A stretch of 64,000 nt of DNA from positions 118,916,001 through 118,980,000 of the forward strand of contig NC_043002.1 in NCBI RefSeq assembly GCF_006345805.1, in the 5' to 3' direction. This DNA comes from Octopus sinensis. Its lineage: Eukaryota. This document shows, one piece after another, positions 37,232 through 51,920 of this stretch. Numbering within the stretch: the first letter of the stretch is position 1; each line of letters starts with the position of its first letter. The position numbers and the translations under genes were made by a program. The notes beneath the pieces are model-generated. The model saw nothing but the letters and a program-made list of their open reading frames with translations. It did no database searches and was not told where the DNA came from.

Positions 37232-39062
37232 ATATACATACATATATATAACGACCAACAACCTAAGAAAAAAATCAGGTTGCTATGCACACTACTGATA
37301 GAACTGGTAAGCTTTTCTCCACTAGATACACTGACAAAAACAACAAAAGGGAGGAAAATACAATCTAATTATTATAATTAACTGAGAACTTGTGAACATC
37401 TTTTTAACCTCAAATTTTTCAAGAAATAATTATAAAATACGCATTTCCATCATTTGGGGAAATAATTATCCAAGTCTATAATAGAATTCAATGCTATTGT
37501 ACGACTAAAGAGCAAAATTCCGCTGACGAGTGCTGTAGATTCAAACAGAAGGGTATTTTCTTAATATTACACCCATCTCACGAGACGGGTGTGATAGTAA
37601 AAATTTACCCGAATTGCAGTGAGGGAGAAATGTAAAATAAAATTTTGAAGAAAAATTGTTTCACTGTTGGGAAAAACCACCTAATAATAATTCCGTGTCC
37701 TTTTCCCCATGAGGTTGTGATTCCTAAGTCCACCGATCAGAGATTAAACCAAATTCATTGAAGCTATATATATTTCTCGCATATGAAATGAAGTAGCGAG
37801 ACACGATAAACTAAATTTCATGAACCGGCAGAGGAAAACTACGCAATTACAGGACACAGTAGCCAAATCTTTCATCTACCCCACTCCTCTTACACAAAGA
37901 GGAAAGAAGACATCTGGAATGATAGAGAGAAAAATGGGATGTATACGGCGGGAACAATATCGAAACGTTCCCGCCGTATCACTTCCCCCCATACCCAATC
38001 AGAGTTTGGAACTAGACTAAAACTAAACGTATTTTGATTTATTAGAAAACAAACCGTCTTTTACGGCGAAGGACGAGGGAACATTATGGGAGCAGATTAG
38101 AATGTTGGTACAGTATTCAGGTAAGAGAGAGAGAAACATACTGTACACAGAATAGACCCAGAAAAAATAGCTTCCCAGAGCCAATCAATACTATGGGTAT
38201 TTTGTTAATGCCTTAGCTAGGCCCATTCAAGCGAAACATCCCCACCATTCTACAAACCTACAGAGTAAAGGGATGGGGTAGTACCTCCTTCTTCATCTTT
38301 ACCACTAGTCCTTGGAGGTTGTACTAACTAGCTCCATTATTCGATTGATAGAGAGGTTGCGAGCGCTTGATAACATTCCAGATGTCAAACGCCCACCCAG
38401 TTTTTGGTCTTCCCCCCGAACATAGGACAGCAGTTCCGTTAAAAAGAAAAAACGATAAGCTATGGGGAGGAAATGTGCCTCACAGTACATTTCTGCATAT
38501 CATCAACAACATACCCGCGTGGGGGGACTGCCTGACCAGATGAACGCACGGCTAAGATTCAGTATGGTGAAGCGACAAGACGGTCAGATGGCAGCATATA
38601 AGATGGAAGCCCATATAAGCGTTCGGTACCTCTGATCGACCTTGCAGGGATAAATGCCTCTCAAACCGTTTCTAGGTGAAAGTGTTTACCCTCTCGTAAT
38701 TTCGCACCAATTCCCAATTAGCCGTATCAGTCGGTCGGCCCCAGGACCCCCATCACATCTAACTGGCGGCCGCCTCTCAGTGCGCCAAGCTGCAAAACTG
38801 ATTTGTCTGGGGTTAACTTTTGCTCCTGTCACCTTAATAATTGTTTTTTAAGCACAGACACAACTTAAAAAACACTTCCTAACAGACAGAAGATCATACA
38901 ATTTATGGCGAGACATAAATATCGATTAAACAAACTTCTGTAACCAGGCTTGTACTTATTTACCGAGCCCGGAAGAATAATAACCAAAAACGACATAGGC
39001 AAGATTTGAACTCGGTAACGAAATATTGCCTGCCATCATCTAATGCTTCTTGCCAGATTATT

Positions 39063-39213
39063 AATTCCGCCGAGGTCGACTTTGCCTTTCATCCTTTCGG
39101 GGTCGATAAATTAAGTACCAGTTACGCACTGGGGTCGATGTAATCGACTTAATCCGTCTGTCTGTCCTTGTTTGTCCTCTATGTGTTTAGCCCTTTGTGG
39201 GTAGTAAAGAAAT
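39063..39213 (+). mobile_element. SINE family B (5'-truncated)
   Basis: Core and tail only. Confidence 0.8.
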
Positions 39214-42200
39214 ATATTATTATTGGACAATCAGCGCCTTGCTTAATAAGCGGATTACAAAATTCATCAATTTGCTTCGAGATAATCATGGAAGAGCTCA
39301 TTAAAAAAAAAAACATGAGACGAAAGGAAAAATAAATAAATGTAGCATCGAAGAGTCTGCAATCTTCAACAAAGAATAATTTCAAAGCTGTATTATATCT
39401 AATTCTTTTTACGAAACTGTGGATAGAATGAACTCTATCACAACGGACTGAGATGGAAGAAATACCAAATGATATCAAAAGCTGAATCTTTTCACAAGTT
39501 TAAATTACATATGTATTAAAAACAATGATCAAATCCAGAATACCCTAATTATAAACAAAAGAATATTTTCCATTTTCTAGTCACATATTCATGTTCAGTT
39601 TTATCTAGGAATCTAAACTGCTCATAATTAACCCCAACTTCATAAATATATAAAAAACATGTCCCTTTCTATGACTCAATAAACAGAGTTTAATGACCAT
39701 AGCAAAACCATCCCTCACAAGAAACCTATTCACTTACATAGTCTTTCAAATAAAAATCTTCTCCTCCTACTACTTGTAACTATAGCAACTAAGTACTATA
39801 ACTTGAACTGAAAACAGTTTTATTCTTAAACTATAATTTCGATATAATTACCAACGACTAAAAGCTGTTTTGGCTATATATGTATCCAGACAAGATACTA
39901 AGTATTATTATCTCTTTGTGTTTACCTATGAAATATGATTTACCGCCATTAGGGATCAAACATCTGAAACAGCAACAAGTTTCTTGAAAATCTTAATGTT
40001 TTCTCGATTATATTGATTTCTGATACATAAAGGCTATATTATCAAACTATGAACAATCATTTTTCGTTCGTTTACCTCGGGACAGAAAATTCTTTTAACT
40101 GCAAAATCACACCTCAGCTTATTTGAGAACTGGTGTAGCTTTAAAAAAAACAGATTTTTTATTTCTTCTTCACAACTATAGAACAGATAGAGCGATACAT
40201 TCTCCTTCTATTGAATCTAGAAAAAAAACACTCCTCGTCAATATATGTAATCACACAACACACAGTATGACGATTGTTATTTAAGCAAAAGTCAACTTGG
40301 ACTAAGCTGGTATGCGGCTGATTCCATTTACAGATATTTAAGTCTAGCCACATTGCAACTACTTCTAGCAAGTCAATCGACTAGCCAGAAGCCTCCTCCA
40401 ACTATAATATTTAGGCACAGAAGTTGTTATTATTCTGTATATAAGAGTGTTCTGATAAAGATAGTAACAGTGTAAGTAACTACTAATCACATGTTAACAG
40501 GAGAATTACAGTTTAAAAAAATGTCAGAAAAGAATTTTGAAAAAGTCTGAAAAAATCTACAAACGAACATTGTTTGTAAGATCCTAGAAAAATACTTAAC
40601 ACCAACGGAAATTCATTTGAATGAGTAAGGTTAAAAGCTCCGGTTTACGGAATCAAAATCTCAATTATGAGAAAGTGAAATAAAGACATCTAATTCAGAC
40701 CAAGTGAACTAAATGTGTAAGGGTGTATATGTATCATAATGGCTTTGAGTTCATGTTGGGGGGAACAACGGTGTTTAATAATTTGAGTAATGCCCAAAGT
40801 GGACACTTAAACCGCTACAATAAAGAAAATTAACAATCAAGATAATGTTACTGGTGAAATTCCATAGACAAATCGAATGAATAAGGAACGAGATAAATAT
40901 TTCACACGTATCCATCTGTCAACGAAAACTGTTTTTTTTTTCAATATGAACCAATATATATATTAAATACATACATCGCAATTAATTTTCAACGAAAATA
41001 CTAAAGAGATTTAGCGTTAAAGAACCATTTAGTTAATTAGGCAACCCATCTTTATTTGCTGTATGAAACATCTTTCACAGAATTGTGTGTATGTGTAGGA
41101 GACAATGATGTAGCTTTCTTGGAATCGCAGGTTCTTTAAAATTGACAAAATATTTATATTATTAAAAGAGGTTTCAATAAAGAAAAAAGTGGCAAAACAC
41201 AATTTTCTTACAGATTTTTGTCAATTTTCGCACAGGACATATTCCAATTATAATATATGGCCAATTTTATACAGAAAGGGGAGGGTGTATCGTCAACTAA
41301 ATCGACATTAGTATATTACCGGTACTTAATTCTTAGAAGGAAATATGAAGTTCAACTCGAGTTAAACTGAACTCCACATTTAAGAAATATAAAATATGTT
41401 GGCACATTACAGTAAAAATATGATCCTTATGAAACAATTCATCTAATTCCGGTACATTAATTTTTCCAAAAATAAAAATTGTCCAACCTCCCTTCCCAAA
41501 TTAAATTAACCGGAAACCGTTCCTGGGTGCTTGGAACATTTCTTAGAAAGCTCTTATCCAGTATTTTCCCCTTGGATTAATTCTTATCAGTCAGTTTTTC
41601 CTTCTTTAACCTCAAGTCAACTTTGAGCAGATTCTGATTAAAGGTGTACTACTAATCGTCATTTTGACTGAGCAGATTCTGGTCAAAAAAGTATACTAGT
41701 AACATAGGTCGTCAGTAAAGGGGGTTTATGTCATTCGAGATAAAATTAGCTAATTCTACCAGGTCGAAAATAAGAGAGATTCAGGGAGTTGTTCTTTCAT
41801 TTTGTTATTTACATAATCTCACGCACTGATCAACGAGGAAGTAAAAATATATAACAATATGAAACTTTAAATATGCGTATATACAGAAATATTCTATCAA
41901 TGAAGTTGCCAATACACAAGTTCCAGTATTGTACATTATATACCCATGAATATATATAGAACAGTGTGTATAAAACACAATGACGTGGTGAAACTTTCAA
42001 CATTATAAATTGTCATTTTCTTGCTTTAATATTCTACAGTATATACGCATTTTATGCGTGCAAACATATGTGTACACGTTATTTATACATACATACATAA
42101 AGGAGCGGCAAGTATACGTAAATTTATATATATATATATATTTATTGGAGTTTCAGATGCCGAAGTGGAAATCCACAACACCATCTCTTCGGTTATCTAT

Positions 42201-42225
42201 CTATCTATCTCTCTCTCTCTCTATC

Positions 42226-42284
<59 letters not shown>

Positions 42285-42525
42285 CAATAATTAAGGACTG
42301 AACACGAAAAGTGGACAGTCAATATGCTAGATATAGACGTCAAATCGCCATTCTCCACAAAGAGTGGAGAATGGCGATTTGACATCTATATCTAGCACGT
42401 TGACAGTCCACTTTTCGTGTTCAGTCCTTAATTGGTATATATAAATATTTTAATCTTCGGATTCTTTTTAATATGCTAGACCACTGGTTTTAATTGACTA
42501 ATATCAATTTCTACCCTTAATTGAT
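42285..42525. repeat. Foldback insert with 70-bp inverted arms in a (TA)n tract
   Basis: 42289-42358 and 42364-42433 are reverse complements with a few mismatches and a 5-nt spacer AAAGA. Confidence 0.8.
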
Positions 42526-45500
42526 ATTATATATATATATATACACACACATATATACACACACACATATATACACACACATATATATACACATATATAT
42601 ATACACACTATATATGTACACACATATATATGTACACACACATATATATATACAACACATATATATATAACACACATATATATAATACACACTAATATAT
42701 ATACACCACACATATATATATATATATACACACACATATATATATATACACACATATATATATACACACACACATATATATACACACACATATATATACA
42801 CACACATATATACAACCACCAACATATATACACACACATATATATACACATATATACACACACATATATACAACACACATATATATAACACACACATATA
42901 TATACACAAACATATATATATCACACACTATTATACACACATATATATACACACACATATATATACACACACATATATATACACACACATATATACACAC
43001 ACATATATATACACACACATATATATACACACACATATATATACACACACATATATATACACACACATATATATACACACATATATATACACACACATAT
43101 ATACACACACATATATACACACACATATACACACACATATATACACATATATATATATACACACACATATATATACACATATATATATATACACACACAT
43201 ATATACATATATATATACATATACATACACACATATATACATATACAACACATATACATATACACACCATATATACATATACACACATATATATAACACC
43301 TATATATATATAGATAATACAACACATATATACCTATATACACATATATATCATATATATACACATATAATACATACATATATAGACTCATATATAATAA
43401 TCAACATATATAATATCATATAAACATATATACTATAACTTATTATATACATCATACATATATACATATCTAATATACATATATAGATACATATATACAT
43501 ACACCATTATATACACACCACATATAACATACCCACATATCCATACATATATATATAACACATATAACACATATATACACACATATATAATACACATAAT
43601 ATACCACATATAATAAAACATACACATATAACAAATATATACATAAATAATAAATAAACATATAATCAAGAAAAATATACATTACACCACATATATAATA
43701 CATATACTACAAAAACATAATAAAAAACATATATACAATACATATATATATACACCTATATACACACTACATATATAATACACATATATACACTATATAT
43801 ACATATATATATACACACATATATACATACATATATACACATAGATACTCATACATTAGACATACATATATACATACATATATAACATACACACATATAT
43901 ACATACCTATATACACATATACATACACACATATACATACATTATAACACATATATATATACATACATATATACATATATACAATACATACATATATACA
44001 TATATATATACATACATATACATATATATATACAACCATATTACATATATATTACATACATAGATACATACATATATATATACATATATATACATATACA
44101 GACATATATACATACATATATACATACATATATATATACATATATACATATATACATATATATATACATATATACATACATATATATACATTATACATAC
44201 ATTATATAATATATACATCAATTATATATATACATACATATATACATATATATACATATATAACATATATATATACATATATACATACAATATATACATA
44301 TATACCTACTATATACATATATATATACATATACTATATATATATATATATTATATACATATATACATACATATATACATACATATATACATATAATACA
44401 TACATACATATTACCTATATCATATACATATAATATAATATATACATATATACATACATATATACATATATATATACACATATACATATATACATATATA
44501 TATACATATATATATACATATACATATATATACATATATCATATATAATACATATACATATATATATACATATACATATATATATATATACTATACATAT
44601 TATACATATAATATACTAACAATATACATATATATACATATATATATATACATATAATAACATATATATATACAATATATATACATATATATATACATAT
44701 ACATATATATATACATATATACATATATTATACTACATATACATATATACATACATATATCATATATACTATACATATATATATATATATATATATACAT
44801 ATATATATAATATATACATATTATATACATATATATACATACATATTATACATATATACATATATATAACATATATATATACATATAACATATATATATA
44901 CATAAAATATATAATATATATACTAATCATATATACATATATATATACATATTATATACGATATACATATATATATACATATATACATATATATATACAT
45001 ATATATCATATATATATACATATATACATATATATAATACATATACATATATACATATATATACATATATACATATCTATATATCATATATATAATATAC
45101 ATATATACATATATATATACATATATACATATATATATACATATATACATATATATATACATATATACATATATATATATTAATATACAATATATAGACA
45201 TATATACATATATATACATATATCATATATATATATACATATATATACATATATACATATATATATACATATATATATACTAGATATACAATATATATCT
45301 ACATATATTATATACATATATATTATACATATATATATACATATATATATACTACATATATATATACATATTATACATATAACATATATATATACATATA
45401 TACATATATAAAATACATATATACATATATATACAATACATATATATATACATATTATACATATATATACATATATATAATACATATATTATATATACAT

Positions 45501-48500
45501 ATATATACACATATATATATACATATATATATATCATATATATATATACATATATATATTACATATATACTATATATACATACATCTATATATACATACA
45601 TATATATACATATACATATATATACATATACATATATAATACAATATATATACATATAATACAATATACATATATACATTATTATCATATGCATACATAT
45701 CCATATATACATATACATATATACATATAGTATAATATATATATACATATATACATATACATATACATACATCTACATATATACATACATATACATATAT
45801 ACACTATATACATATATACATATATATACATATACATATATACATATACATATACATACATATACATATATACATATATATACATATATACATATATAAC
45901 ATATACATATATAACATATATATACATATACTATATACATATACATATATACATATATATACATATACAATATACATACATATACATATACATATTATAC
46001 ATATACATATATACATACATATATATACACATATATATCACATATATATACATATATATATATCATATATATACACATAATATATACATATACATATACA
46101 TATATATACATATACATATATACATACATATATATAGACATACATATATATATACATATACATATTACATACATATATATATTATACATACATATATATA
46201 TATACATATCAATATATATACACTATACATATATACATAACATATATATATACATAACATATATATATACATATATATATACACATATATATACACATAT
46301 ATACACATTATATACACATATATACATATATATATACACATATATAGACATATATATACACATATATAGACATATATATACACATATATACACATATATA
46401 CACATATATATACACATATATACACACATATATACACATATATATACACATATATATACACATATATACACATATATCACATATATATATACACATATAT
46501 ATACACATATATATACCATATACACATATATATAACACATATATATATACATATATATATACATATATATATACACATATATATACACATATATATACAT
46601 ATTACATACATATATACACATATATAACATATATATACACATATATATACATATATATACACATATATACATATATATAACATATATATACATATATAAT
46701 ACCATATATATACATATATATACACATATATATATACATATATATACCATATATATATACATATATATACACATATATATATACATATATATACCATATA
46801 TACATATATATACACATATATATACACATATATACACATATATACACATATATACACATATATACACACTATATACACATATATACACATATATACATAT
46901 ACATATATATATACATATATATATATATACATATACATATACACATATATACATATACACATATATACATACATATATAATACACATATATACACACATA
47001 TATATATACACATATTATATACACATATATATACATACATAATATACATATATATACATACATATATACATACTATATATATACACATATATATATACAT
47101 ACATATATATATACACTATATATATACACATATATATATCATACATATATATACATAACATATAATATATACACATATATATACACATATATATATACAT
47201 ATATATATACACATATATATATACATATATATATACACATATATATATACATATATATATACACATATATATATACATATAATATATACATATATATATA
47301 TACACATATATATATACATACATATATATATACATACATATATATATATACATATATATATAATCTATACTATATACATATATATACATATATATACATA
47401 TATAATACATATATATATACATATATATATACATATATATATACACATATATATATACACATATATATATACTACATATATATATACATACTAATATAAT
47501 ACACATATATATATACACATATATATATACACATATATATAACACATATATATATACACATATATATACACATATATATATACACATATATATATACACA
47601 TATATATACACATATATATATACACATATATATATACACATATATATATACACATATATATATACACATATATATATACACATATATATATACACATATA
47701 TATATACACATATATATACACATATATATACACATATATATATATATACACACATATATACACATATATATATATATACACACATATATATATATACACA
47801 CATATATATACACACATATATATATATACACACATATATATATACACATATATATATATACACATATATATATATACACATATATATATATACACATATA
47901 TATATACACATATATATATATACACATATATATATATACACACATATATATATACACATATATATATACACATATATATATACACATATATATATATACA
48001 CATATATATATATACACAATATATATATATACACATATATATATATATATACACATATATATATATACACATATATAATATATACACATATATATATATA
48101 TACACATATATATATATATACACTATATATATATACACATATATATATATTATAAAATACACATATATATATACACACATATATAATACACACATATATA
48201 TACACACATATATATATACACCATATATATATACATATATATATAATACACATATATATACACATATATATACACATATATATATACACATATATACACA
48301 TATATATATACACATAATATATACACATATATACACATATATATATATACACATATATATACACATATATATACACATATATATACACATATATATATAC
48401 ACATATATATATACATATATATATACACATATATATATACACATATATATACACATATATATACACATATATATATACACATATATATACACATATATAT

Positions 48501-48766
48501 ATACACATATATATACACATATATATATACACATATATATACACATATATACATATATATATACACATATATACATATATATATACACATATATACATAT
48601 ATATATACACATATATACATATATATATACATATATATATACATATATATACACATATATATATACACATATACACACACATATATATATATACACATAT
48701 ACACCACACATATATATATATATATACACACACACATATATATATATATACACATATACACCACAC

Positions 48767-48799
<33 letters not shown>

Positions 48800-49214
48800 T
48801 ATATATATATATACACACATATATATATATATATACACATATATATATATATATATACACATATATATATATATATATACACAATATATATATACACATA
48901 TATATATATACACATATATATATATACACACATATATACACATATATATATATACACATATTATATACACATATATATATATACACATATATATATATAT
49001 ATACACATATATATATATACACATAATATATATATAACATATATTATTATAACATATATATATATACACATATATATATATACACATATTATATATATCA
49101 CATATATATATATTATATATACACGCGCGTTACGGTTGATCTAAACGTTTAATAATTAATCGGTGTAAAAGGTTTAGAACGATTTACAAAGCATTATAAA
49201 TATATATACACCAG

Positions 49215-49277
<63 letters not shown>

Positions 49278-49301
49278 CAGCATTATATATATATATATAT
49301 A
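42526..49301. repeat. Giant compound (TA)n/(CA)n microsatellite, ~6.8 kb, in UBE2N intron 1
   Basis: Almost only A/T/C on the plus strand, with ACATATATAT-type units. Confidence 0.97.
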
Positions 49302-49609
49302 CCCGGTAGCTTTTGTCTTTTGTCTTTAAATTTGTCAAATAATTTGTGTGTTGGAAGAAGGAAAGAAGTGAAAGAAGGGAAAAAGAGAAAGAGTTGCCGA
49401 ACGATGTTCTCGACAGAATGACGAGAACAAAGATGGCAAAGACAGCCAAAGCCGTCTTCACATCGCTTTTCCCGGCATCTGCAGTCGAGCAATTTACATT
49501 ATAAGGACTCGAATAATGCAGTTAAAGACCTGAAAATATACGATTCAGAAACTTTTCCAAAAAATGTTCTGAAGGATTTGGGGGGGGGGGATTTAAGTAT
49601 GTTTGAGGA

Positions 49610-49642
<33 letters not shown>

Positions 49643-49890
49643 GGATAAGGGTAAGGGTAGATTCTTGTGGGGAATGTTTAACAGAAAATAACAAACAATA
49701 AAACGACCCCTGCCTCATGACATGTCCATTGGTAAAGAGGAAAAAAGGGACAAAGTGAGGAAATAATTTATAAGTTGAGGGGGTCACGTCTGGGGATGAA
49801 TAATTATTTGAGGCTCTGAATAAGAAATGACCTCATTTGTGGGTGTTTTGAGGAGTAAACAGCAACAGAGTCGCCAGTTGTGTATCTTAC

Positions 49891-49920
49891 CTTGATAATC
49901 CTTCTTGGTAGACCAGCCAT
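49891..49920 (-). CDS. UBE2N: UBE2N/Ubc13 (K63-chain ubiquitin-conjugating E2), coding exon 1
   Basis: Minus strand reads ATG GCT GGT CTA CCA AGA AGG ATT ATC AAG | gtaaga = MAGLPRRIIK, identical to the vertebrate UBE2N N-terminus. Phase-0 GT donor at 49890-49889. Confidence 0.95.
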
Positions 49921-50090
49921 TGATCAGAAATAATGTAAAAAAAGGGGGAGAAAAGGCCTCGTCTTTCGAATAATCAGTTGCTCTGACTCTCTCTCCAAGC
50001 ACCTTACTTACTTTAAGATGGCGCACAGCCAGCATACAGAGCTAGCAACACCTCCGGAACGAAACAAAAAGAGAAAAAACACACACTCCA
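49921..50090 (-). promoter_or_regulatory. Probable UBE2N 5' UTR/core promoter
   Basis: Directly upstream of the ATG. Pyrimidine-rich leader, YY1-type motif AAGATGGCG at 50015-50023, ETS-type CCGGAA at 50054-50059, locally raised CpG. Confidence 0.55.
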
Positions 50091-50147
50091 TTCTATTTTT
50101 ATATATATTTAAAAATAATATATAAATACGTATATATCCCCCTTGGC

Positions 50148-50603
50148 GATCTTTCGTTTCTAGTAGACCTTTCCGTCGATTTCCGTAAAAAAATTTTATT
50201 TTTTTTTTACATATGGGCTTGCGGGAACTTTTGAAGTAATATACATACATACACACACACACATACATACATATACATATACACATACACCGAGTAAAAA
50301 ATTTCAGTTATCTCTTTCTTTCACACATTACTCTCTGTCTCTTCACACACACTAACAGAAGCACTTCACTTACACAACATACTGTCTGTCTCCCACACCC
50401 CATCAAACACACACACACACACACATGTACATCAATCGCTTTCCATGCACGGTAACTTCAAAAGAACTTCCCTCGTCATAAAATCGCTTTCTCTTAGTCT
50501 CTTTCGCTCTCATTACTTCAAAAGTTCCCGCAAGCCCATATGTAAAAAAAAAAAAATTTTTTTACGGAAATCGACGGAAAGGTCTACTAGAGACGAAAGA
50601 TCG
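50148..50603. mobile_element. Foldback/MITE-like element with ~93-bp terminal inverted repeats next to the UBE2N promoter
   Basis: 50148-50240 (cgatctttcgtttctagtagacc...gaagtaat) is the reverse complement of 50512-50603. Confidence 0.7.
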
Positions 50604-51101
50604 GCTTTATATATATATTTAAAAATATATAAATACGTATATATCCCTTTTATATTTCAATTTATTCACTATCCGTTTAGTTGCGTATTTGTTATTGGTC
50701 ATTTTTTTTAATTTTTTTTATTTTCAGACTATTCTCCCCCCCCCTTTCCAACTCCCGCCCTAAACAATGCGTTCCATTCCGATCCGAAATCCGAAATATG
50801 TCCGGTTTCGTAGACTCTCAAAGAACAGAGGGGGATGGCCGAAGGAGGCGAAGGCGAAACTCTGCCTCCATATATATATATATGAGGGAACGAACCCTCT
50901 TATGTTATCGATCGACCTGCTAAAAATAACAGCCAAATTTCCCTGAATCCACATTATATATCATCTTCAAGAATACATGATGTATGTAGCCCTGGTTATA
51001 TATAGTATGATGTGAATATAAGATATGGTAGCCATGATTGGAACGCTTTGGTCACAGGTTTGTTTCTGTTTCATTAGAGCTGCCCTGGGGCAAAACAATA
51101 A

Positions 51102-51920
51102 CATATCTACATGCCTTTTCAGACAAGGCACGCTCGCCTTGCTAGAAATAGCAGCCGATTCTCCCTAAATCACACTCAGACTTCTTTTAATACAGAAGGA
51201 CAGATTGCATAGTTGTCCCTAATATACAAAATACGGGATGGTCAAAGCTGGAACGCTTTTGATCCCATATCTACATGCCTTTTCAGACAAGGCACGCTCG
51301 CGCTTGCTAGAATAGCAGCCGATTCTCCTTAAATCACACACAGACTTCTTTTAATGCAGAATGGACAGAATGCATAGCTGTCCCTTATATACACAAATAC
51401 GGGATGGTCAAAGCTGGAAACGCTTTTGATCCCATATCTACATGCCTTTTCAGACAAGGCACGCTCGCCTTGCTAGAAATAGCAGCCGATTCTCCCTAAA
51501 TCACACCCAGACTTCTTTTAATACAGAAGGACAGATTGCATAGCTGTCCCTAATATACAAAATACGGGATGGTCAAAGCTGGAACGCTTTTGATCCCATA
51601 TCTACATGCCTTTTCAGACAAGGCACGCTCGCCTTGCTAGAAATAGCAGCCGATTCTCCCTAAATCACACCCAGACTTCTTTTAATGCAGAAGGACAGAT
51701 TGCATAGTTGTCCCTAATATACAAAATACAGGATGGTCAAAGCTGGAACGCTTTTGATCCCATATCTACATGCCTTTTCAGACAAGGCACGCTCGCCTTG
51801 CTAGAAATAGCAGCCGATTCTCCCTAAATCACACTCAGACTTCTTTTAATACAGAAGGACAGATTGCATAGCTGTCCCTAATATACAAAATACGGGATGG
51901 TCAAAGCTGGAACGCTTTTT
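51102..51920. repeat. Tandem array of five ~164-bp units
   Basis: Unit starts (catatctacatgccttttcagac) at 51102, 51266, 51433, 51597 and 51761. The unit resembles a dispersed repeat also seen at ~35895-36078, ~50905-51100, ~52804-52855 (reverse) and ~57595-57735. Confidence 0.92.

Noticed and set aside
37567-37598. Palindrome acacccatctc-ac-gagacgggtgt as a Helitron 3' hairpin
   Set aside because: No CTRR terminus or matching 5' TC end could be identified.
38831-38851. Minus-strand KTIIK|gt as an alternative UBE2N exon 1
   Set aside because: In-frame TAA immediately upstream and no ATG; the true MAGLPRRIIK exon is at 49891-49920.
42504-49087. Long ORFs up to 690 aa rich in Y/I/C/V/M
   Set aside because: Translations of the (TA/CA)n microsatellite; they lack stop codons only because of base composition.
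51102-51920. Regular repeat array as a possible CRISPR
   Set aside because: Units are contiguous 164-bp duplicates with no unique spacers, there are no cas genes, and the context is eukaryotic.
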